This document shows, piece by piece, positions 55,465 to 64,000 of a DNA stretch of 64,000 nt. The position numbers and the translations under genes were made by a program. The notes below the pieces were generated by a model that was given only the letters and a program-made list of their open reading frames with translations, had not been told where the DNA came from and searched no databases. Every line of letters starts with the position of its first letter. Positions within the stretch are counted from its first letter, which is position 1. This DNA comes from Octopus vulgaris (taxonomy: Eukaryota). Location of the stretch: positions 96,224,001 to 96,288,000 of the forward strand of contig OX597820.1 in assembly GCA_951406725.2 (NCBI GenBank). The letters are read 5' to 3'.

Positions 55465-56265
55465 TTATATATATTACATGTGAGTATATGTCTAGGAACA
55501 TTATACAGTAATCCCCTTCGATAGAACAGGGAGTCAATGTCCCTCGAGTCACTTCTGATGCTTCACTCTCTTTCCTAATTAAGTTTATTTGTCATGGAGA
55601 CGTCACATATGTAACAAATATATATAATTTGGGAGAAAAGGGATGAAACAGCATGTGTGTAAACAGTAGCATTGTTGCCTTGGAATTTTTTTTTATATAT
55701 CATTTGATTATGCAGTGGATCCTCATTGGCTGGGCGATACATTATTTTATGGTAATGTTTCATAATCGAAAGCGATTCACACCATTTTGTATTTGATGTA
55801 AATTTATAGATGATGAAATAAAATACATGTTTTCCTGTAACTAAAATCATTTCTTCCCATTACTTTCTACTCTGATTTCATATTTTCATTTATCCGGTGT
55901 CCATGTCTATATTCTATCTTTAAATTTTAACAAATTTTCTAACTGTTAAAATTAGTTATTGTGTTGAATATTTCAAAACGAACATTGTCATGTAAATATT
56001 TTACTTATAATTTATTCAATAAAGTATTGTTGATATTTTCTTCACAATTAAGCATTATATATCATTTCCATAAAAATAATAATTCTCACATTGTCATAAC
56101 GTTTTCTGTTCTGTTCGGTTCAACTATGAATTAAAGTGAATATTTAGAACGTTGGAAATTCTCGCCATTGCAGTTTTTGTACATTATATTCTTATTAGTG
56201 TAAAATGTATAAATTTGTATTATTTACATTGGTTTGTTAATGGCGATACAACAACAACAGCATTA

Positions 56266-56308
<43 letters not shown>

Positions 56309-56309
<1 letters not shown>

Positions 56310-56777
56310 TTGGTATAAAAGTTGGGCTACAGCAAATATTCTGCTCAATAACACAGGTTTGCTTGCCAGTTTTCTGACATTAACCAGTTCACCATATCCC
56401 TTAGTGGTTGACGATATGTGCGTCTCTGACCATGTGCAAAAGCAGTGGGTGAGTATCATAGCCATGTGTTGAGAGGAATGCTTTAGGGTTTGAATAATTC
56501 ATCTCTGGAAACATAGGTCTTTTGTTCATCATTCTGAAACAAACCTTATTCAGGGACCTTTTGAGTGAGATGGGCTACTCGACCAGATGAAAATTCCAGC
56601 TGGGCTCCACCTGCAAGGTCATGTTTATCTTGATATGAGATCCCCATGTCGCGCACATATGGTTGTGATGCATGTGCTTGGTGTACCCTTATCAAACGGA
56701 TAGTCATGGTGGGTATACAGGGCTTCGTATATTTGTACTGCAGTGTCACTTTAATGGCATGCACTGCTCTCTCACTC
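56309..56777. mobile_element. (TAA)n-embedded interspersed repeat (family D; possibly the 3' UTR of an R4/Dong-type LINE)
   Basis: Homologous to 60425-60816; both copies are flanked by (AAT)n on each side. Confidence 0.7.
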
Positions 56778-56829
56778 AATAATAATAATAATGATGATGA
56801 TAATAATAATAATAATGAAAAAAAAAAAA

Positions 56830-56863
<34 letters not shown>

Positions 56864-56884
56864 CATGGGATATGTGCACAAGGT

Positions 56885-57690
56885 CGCTCATTTGAGATGG
56901 AAAGATATGATAAGCAGAATCAATAGAGCCAGAAGTGTTTTTATCAAATTGGACAAAGTATGGCGATCAAAACAGTTTGGAAGGGATACAAAAATCAAAC
57001 TTTACAAAACGCTGGTAGGACATGTACTTCTTTATGGATGTGAAACTTGGAAAATGAATAACAGTGATGAGAGAAAACTGGATTCTTTTCAGTACAAAGG
57101 CCTCAAGAAAATAATGCAGATAGGGTGGCCAAACATTATATCAATGTATGAACTCAACAAAATAACCCATGTCCCCAGGGAAGCCAAGAAGTAAAAAGGC
57201 AAAGATGGAATTGGATTGCACATGTACTGAGAAAGGGACCCAATCATATTTGCGGCGAGCTGGCAGAGACGTTAGCACGCCGGGTGAAGTGCTTCGCGGT
57301 ATTTCGCCCGTCGCTACGTTCTGAGTTCAAATTCCGCTGAGGTCGACTTTGCCTTTCATCCTTTCGGGGTCGATAAATTAAGTACCAGTTACGCACTGGG
57401 GTCGATGTAATCGACTTAATCCGTTTGTCTGTCCTTGTTTTCCCCTCTATGTTTAGCCCCTTGTGGGTAATAAAGAAACACATATTTGCATGATTGCCTT
57501 GATTCGGCAACCTGAGGAAAAGAGAAGAGTTGGTATACCAAAGACGATATGGAGAAGAACAGTGGAAAAAGAAAGGAATCAAGTTGGATGGTCATCATGG
57601 AATGTGGCAAGAAATCTTGCAAAACAGAGGGATAAATAGAAAACTAGCGTGGATGCATTATGTGCCAGCTGGCACGAAGATGACAGATAA
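56885..57690 (+). mobile_element. RTE-clade LINE 3' fragment interrupted by a SINE
   Basis: RINRARSVF..KVWRS..TKIKLYK..VLLYGCETW, RWNWIAHVLR and GIPKTIWRRTVEKE. Confidence 0.85.
57253..57480 (+). mobile_element. SINE family C (Meta-domain-like), full length with TSD
   Basis: TSD CATATTTGC at 57245-57253 and 57481-57489; B-box GAGTTCAAATTCC. Confidence 0.9.
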
Positions 57691-57699
57691 ACATCAGAA

Positions 57700-60377
57700 G
57701 GGTGAGGAATCTAATGAAGTCAAAGTTAAATGGCCCGAATCTAGTGAAGGCTGTAAATGCTTGGGCAGTATTATTACTTTGATACTCAGCAGCTTTTGTA
57801 GATTGAACAAAAACTGAATTAGCAAAGCTAGACAGAAAAACTAGGAAGAAATTCAATATAAATGGAGAACTCCACCCAAGGCAGGAATACCAAGATTATA
57901 ACTACCTAGAAATGAAGATGGAAGATGGTTAACTTCAATAGAAGACTGCGTGGAGTTAGCTAGAGTAGATATACACACTTATTAGGTAATAGTGATGAAA
58001 GTTTATTCGAATCTGCTAGAATCAGAACATGACATAGGGTAACCGAAATACTAAATGAACTTAAAAACCAGAAAAAAGAACAGAAATTATGTGACTGACT
58101 GGAGAAAAGGTTGCATGGTAGATACACAAAGATAGTTTCAGCAAATAGTAGTAGTGAGACATGATTATGGCTGCAGAAATGAAAGCTGAAGAGAGAGACA
58201 GTAAGATTGTTAGTAGCTACACAAGATCAAACATTAAGGACTAATTGGATAAACGCCAAGATAGACAAAAACGAAGTAAATTCTCAATGTATATTATGCA
58301 AATCAAAAGAGAAAAGTGTTACTCATATAGTACGAGGGACGTTCAATAAGTAATGCCTCTGACCCACTTGCAGTTGTTTGATCTAGCTGAAATTTGGCAT
58401 GTGCAATTATTTATATCTCTATAGAGTAAGTGGCAGCTCTGAATTACAGCTCTGAATTAATTGTGGTTTCTGATTTACAGGTGTTTGAACCGAGTCAAGT
58501 GTGAAATGGAGCCTGTTGAGTGTCGAGCAGTGATCCGGTTTTTGTATTTGAAAGGACGCACACCACGGGAGACTTTTGATGAAATGAAAGTAACTTATGG
58601 TGATGATGCCCCATCATATGACCTTGTAAAACGCTGGCATCGTGAATTCAAACATGGTCGGAACTCTGTGGAAACAGCTCCCAGATCTGGTCGCCCCCTT
58701 CTGCCATTGATGAGGCATCTGTCCGTCAAGTTGAGGCTGCCATTTTGGAAGATCGACGTATAATTATTCGCCAAATAGCCCATGAGGTCAAGATTAGTAC
58801 CGGGTCTGTGGAAACTATCATTCATGACCATTTGCATATGCAAAAGGTGTCTGCCAGATGGATTCCCAGGTTGCTCACGCCTTTCCAGAAGCAAGAACGC
58901 GTCGAGTGCTCGAGGGTGAATTTGGAGATGTGCCAAGAAGATGAGTCAAAATTTTTCAAAAGACTGATTACACAGGATGAAATCTGGGTCCATCACGATG
59001 ATCCAGAGACCAAAGCTCAGTCAATGCAGTGGAAGCACCGTGACTCACCCCCTCCATAGAAGACAAGGGTGCAGCCCTCCGCTGGCAAGGTCATGCTCAC
59101 AGTCTTCTGGGACCAGGACGGAGTAGTGATGACAGATTTCCTGGCAAAAGGTACCACAATTGCAGGAGCCTATTATGCTTCACTTTTGAGGAAATTAAGA
59201 GAAGTTATCAAAATCAAGAGGCGGGGCAAGATCAGCAAAGGCATCCTCCTCCTGCAGGACAACGCTCCGGTTCACAACTCGCTTGTCGCCAGATCAGAAG
59301 CACAGGCGTATGGCTATGAACTCCTCCCCATCTCCCCTACTTTCCTGACCTTGCACCCTCTGATTTTCACCTCTTCCCAATCATGAAGTTGTTTTTGAAA
59401 GGAAAGCGTTTCCCAGATGATGCAGCCTTGATTTCTGAAGTCACGTTGAGGTTGGAGGACCAAGCTGGGTTCTTCTACAAAAACGGTCTCCAGAGCCGCA
59501 TCAAACGATGGGAGAAATGCGTAACTCTGGGTGGTTCCTATGTAGAAAAAGACTAATAACTGTGCCAAGTTTCGTTGCTCTACTGCTATGGGAAGTGGGT
59601 CAGGGGCATTACTTATTGAACGCCCCTCGTAAGTGACTGTAGCATGCTAGCACAAAGAATACAAGAAAAGACATGAATATCTAGGGAGATCAATCCACTG
59701 GGAGCTATGTAGAAAGCTAGTATTTGAACATACTGATTAATGTTATGAACATAAACCTAGTAAAGTACTAGAAAGTAAGAAATACAAGATTTTATGGGGA
59801 CTTAAACGTTCAGACTGACAAAGTAATAGAGCTAGAAGGCTTGATTTGGTAGTAGTAGATAAAGAGAATATAAAGTGTCCGATAACAGACTGACGCCTTC
59901 TGCCAGTCAGATAATTTCTGTTCTTTTTTCTGATTTTTAAATTCATTTGGTATATTGGTTTCCCTGTCTTACTGTGACTCTGGCAGCTTTTAATAAACTT
60001 TCTTCACTATTACCTAATAAGAGTCTATAACTACTCTAGCTAACTCCACGCAGTCTTCTAATGATGTTAACCCTCTCCCACCTTCCTTTCTGGGTAGGTA
60101 TAATCTTGCTACTCCTGCCCTTGGGCGGAGTTCCAAAAAGGAAAACTTTAATATGAGAAGTATAGAAAAAATAGTAAAATACCAGGACCTAGCTATTGAA
60201 TTACAGAGACGATGGAAAGTGCGGGTAGAATGTATCCCAGTAGTTATAGGTGCATTGGGAATTATCTCTAAAGATCTGAACAGGTGGATAGAGGAAATGG
60301 GCACAAATCCCAGTTTAGTACAGCTGCAGAAAACAGTGTTATTAGGGACAGCTAGGATACTTAGGAGGGTTCTTAGC

Positions 60378-60424
<47 letters not shown>
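57700..60424 (+). mobile_element. R4/Dong-type LINE remnant with (TAA)n tail, interrupted by a mariner and an inverted segment
   Basis: LDRKTRK..LHP, LPR.E.GR, QDQTLRTNW, CILC..THIV|SDC, KRH..IHWELC, EKIVKYQDLA..LQKTVLLGTARILRRVL, then (ATA)n. Confidence 0.85.
58333..59629 (+). mobile_element. Full-length mariner (DD34D) with TA TSD; transposase 58506-59556 has frameshifts and stops
   Basis: About 36-bp TIRs CGAGGGACGTTCAATAAGTAATGCC.. and ..GGCATTACTTATTGAACGCCCCTCG; motifs WIPRLL, TQDEIW, QDNAPVH, PDLAPSDF and YVEKD*. Removing it restores the host LINE frame. Confidence 0.95.
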
Positions 60425-60425
<1 letters not shown>

Positions 60426-60816
60426 TGGGGGAGCATCATAGCCTGGAGGAGCATCATAGCCATGGGGGAGCATCATAGCCATGGGGGAGCATCATAGCCA
60501 TGTTTTGAGAGGGATTCTTGGGGTTTGGATAATTCACCTTTGGAAACATGGGTGTTTTGTTCAACATCCTTAAACAATCCTTATTCAGGGACCTTTTAAA
60601 CGGGATGGGTTACTCGACCAGAAGAACATTCTAACTGAGCCCCACCTGCAAGGTCATGTGCTGTTTATCTTGGTATGAGATCACCATGTCCCGCACATAT
60701 GGTTGTGATGCATGTGCCTGGTGTACCCTTATCAGACGGGTAGTCATGATGGGTGTACTGGGCTTCGTATATTTTACCCCAGTGTCACTTTGATGGCATG
60801 CACTGCTCTCTCACTC
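60425..60816. mobile_element. Family D repeat, truncated, with four tandem ~19-bp units at its left end
   Basis: Homology to 56445-56777; (ATGGGGGAGCATCATAGCC)x4. Confidence 0.75.
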
Positions 60817-60847
<31 letters not shown>

Positions 60848-61572
60848 GGTGATGGAGCAATAATATAATACAATATATTAAGATAACTTAAATATGTGAT
60901 ATGCAAAGCAAATGCAAATTCGAAAAACCCACTCACGCATAGGTGGAATCCTAGCCAACATTGCTTAACTCGCTTCAGAACATCGCATGATTCAGGAGCT
61001 GTTTCTAGTCTAATCATCTCCAGCAAATTATTTGCTACGAAATTCACCGTGAACATTTTCTGCATAGGTCTTCAACGACTGTCTATTAACTAGAAGACAC
61101 TGGTAACATTGCGATTAATTCCTTTATTGTGGTGTCAGTATCTAATTCAATGTTCTCGACATTAGATTACTTGCCTCTTCTTGTAGTAACTATTTCCCAC
61201 TTATTTGATTCCATAATTATATTTATGTCTTGATTGAATGTATGAACATTATTTCTGGATTTTCCAACTGAGAATTTCCCCTTGTAAATTTCTTTGTGTC
61301 ATATATTTAAGATAACTGCTTCATAGCGATTTTATTCGGTAAATTTGGTTATGGAGGTAGAGGTAAGTTGAGAGAATAATGAGTTTTGGTAGAATATTTG
61401 TGTTCTTACTTGTATATGTAAAATGTGAATCAACAATTTATTCGAAGTCTCTGGAAAGAGCACGAAAGCTAATTCCGTGATTGTGTATGAAATCCTTGAG
61501 AGGCAACTAGTCAACTCTGAATAACAACGATAACACAAGTGGCCAATAAAAGAATCTTTTATTATTATTATA

Positions 61573-61683
<111 letters not shown>

Positions 61684-61688
61684 ATGAA

Positions 61689-61858
61689 GGCGGCGAACCG
61701 GCAGATTCGCTTGCACACCGGGTAAAATGCTGAGGTCTACTTCGCTTTTCATCTTTTTTTTTTTTTTCGGGTGTGATCGATAAAATAAGTACTGGGGTCA
61801 ATGTAATCGACTAGCTCTCACTAAAATGATTTCAGATCTTGTGCCTATAGTAGAACGG
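61689..61858 (+). mobile_element. SINE family C variant, degenerate
   Basis: GGCGGCGAACCGGCAGA...CTTGTGCCTATAGTAGAA. Confidence 0.65.
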
Positions 61859-61899
61859 ATTGTTATTGTTGTTGTTATTATTATTATTATTATTATTAT

Positions 61900-61958
<59 letters not shown>

Positions 61959-62283
61959 TGTATTTCGGTTTGTTGCTATGCTAATTGGCTACTCTGCAAC
62001 GAGCAAGAAAAGAACATCGAAGAACATCTACATCCTTCCACGCCCTGCAAAAATTAACAAACCAAACTGTCTTAATTAGAATGAATAAAGTTATCGATAA
62101 AATTGTCCTGAAAGTGAAAATTCTATTCATATAAACATGTGTCCCCAATCCACAATCCACACGAGAACTTCATCTGAAAGATAAGAATATGGACGATGCA
62201 AACTCAATATTCCCTAAAAAAATGTTAGTGATTTCTAGAAGAAAACCCACCCATTTAGAATCAATTAAGACCATTTGCTAGGC

Positions 62284-62650
62284 TTCCACATAAATACATC
62301 AAATTTCATAAACTATAACACTGATAACATCAATAATAACCAAAGATATTTTTTTCAACACTACAGATCCGCAAAAAGACGTTTTAAATATATCGGAAGG
62401 TTACAGACACAAGTAAACATTGTATATATAAACCAATAAATTTATCAATGCTGCTGCAATAAAGCAGTAACCTCCACATAAATACATCAAATTTCATAAA
62501 TTATAACACTGACAACATCGATAACATCAATAATTACCAAAGATATTTTTTCAACACTACGGATCTGCACAAAATACATTTTACAAATATCAGAATTTTA
62601 CAGACACAAGTAAACATTTGTATATGTAAACCAATAAATTTATAAATTCA
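62284..62650. repeat. Tandem duplication, unit about 187 bp
   Basis: TCCACATAAATACATCAAATTTCATAAA...TTACAGACACAAGTAAACATT...AAACCAATAAATTTAT occurs twice. Confidence 0.85.
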
Positions 62651-63104
62651 GCAATATAAGAGTTGCAGAAACAGTTCCATGAAATTAAAAATGACATCAT
62701 CATCGACATGATAATTACGTTGCGTCAATCACGTTGCAGTCACATAAAGAATCAAGATTCCATAAATAACTATCATATATCTAATTAGGCGCAATATGAT
62801 AGAAATGCAAATGTTGAAAGAATCTGACAACGCAGCCTTATATAGAAACAATAAAGATAGTACACAAGATAACACATCATCACATTTACTCTTCTTTTCC
62901 CATCCCAAACATCCCATTTTCTGACATGATTTACTGGCTGCCAATAGATCTCACGTGGTTGTCTCAGTTTCGCAAATAAGTTTTACCATACGTATTCCAT
63001 TTCATCATTTTCTTTTTTTTTTAAACAACAAAAACGAAAGATTATTTTCTCCCTTCTATCTAAAACTTACCCGTGTTGTAACGCGTCCTTGTAATGTCCC
63101 CTAT

Positions 63105-63203
63105 TCGGGGTCGATAAATTAAGTACCAGTCGCGTACTGCGGTCGATCTAATCGACTGGACCCCTCCCAAAAAAATTTCAGGCCTTGTGCCTAGAGTAGA
63201 AAA
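63105..63203 (+). mobile_element. SINE family C 3' fragment
   Basis: TTCGGGGTCGATAAATTAAGTACCAG...GGCCTTGTGCCTAGAGTAG. Confidence 0.75.
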
Positions 63204-63449
63204 TAATAGAAGAAATCATTGTATTATTTTTATTTCTTATTCTTATCATTACAATTGTTAGAACAGTGGAGAAAAATGCCTTGCAGTATTTTGTTATATC
63301 TCTTTATGAAACACGTTTAACACCTGTCAAAGTAGATTCTGTGTTTCAACATTTTCGAAACGATAGAATAATTACCAGCCAAAAAATGAGGTCAATATAA
63401 CTGACTACAACACATCCCAAATGAGCGACCTTGTGCACATATCCCATAC

Positions 63450-63489
<40 letters not shown>

Positions 63490-63516
63490 ATTATTATTAT
63501 TATTATTATTATTATT

Positions 63517-63885
63517 CTATGTTTGACTTTTGCTTTATGTCCGTACAAGTTGGCTCCAAGTCTCACCCAGAGACCTCAAGAGACAACAGGTTTGAAGTTC
63601 TGTGCCATAAATTTGGGGGTTTTTTTGGAGGTTTTTTTGGTGTTGTACTAGTGAATGTCTAATACATAAAAATAAAATTAAAAATAAAAGAATGAATAAA
63701 ATAAAATAAAATAAATAAATAAATAAAAGTTTGTTTTAAACCTTGGGATTACATAGAGAGTATTTTGTGTAGGATATGAGCAGTTCCCATGAGCACTATC
63801 TTTTGAATTTCTGCCATTTTGGGGTTTCCTGGTATCTGCGTTAGGTAGCAATAATTCCCTTTCGCTATCATTCCCAGGGCACATT
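63517..63885 (-). mobile_element. 3' end of another R4/Dong-type LINE between (TAA)n tracts
   Basis: Minus strand IPGNPKMAEIQKIVLMGTAHILHKILSM*. Confidence 0.75.
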
Positions 63886-64000
63886 ATTATTATTATTATT
63901 ACTACTATTATTATTATTATTATTACTCATTCGTAACAGTGTAGGTACAAATGCACCGGAGTCTTTAGTCATCTGTCAAGTCACAAGGACCTCAGACAGA

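Noticed and set aside
60425-60502. CRISPR-like short repeats
   Set aside because: No unique spacers, no cas genes and a eukaryotic context.

Overview
AT-rich, microsatellite-dense eukaryotic DNA with no intact host gene; the repeat landscape suggests an Octopus/cephalopod genome (inference). Most supplied ORFs are microsatellite artefacts. The window is largely a nested stack of mobile elements: Tc1/mariner copies (a DD36E type, DD34D mariners, a DD37D/maT type), two Penelope-like retroelements (a Neptune-like fragment and a near-complete Naiad-like RT plus GIY-YIG element), R4/Dong and RTE LINE remnants, a non-autonomous Helitron, several tRNA-derived SINE families and a candidate solo LTR. 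Two hidden layers emerge on manual reading. (1) About a dozen minimal type I hammerhead ribozyme motifs sit in short non-coding elements arranged as tandem, terminally redundant or inverted units (retrozyme-like or non-autonomous Penelope derivatives). (2) A heavily decayed + strand GRL101-like receptor pseudogene appears to run from about 13.4 to 61.3 kb, with C-type lectin, LDLa, LRR and 7TM remnants in collinear order. All calls come from eye-reading and hand translation; no database searches were run.
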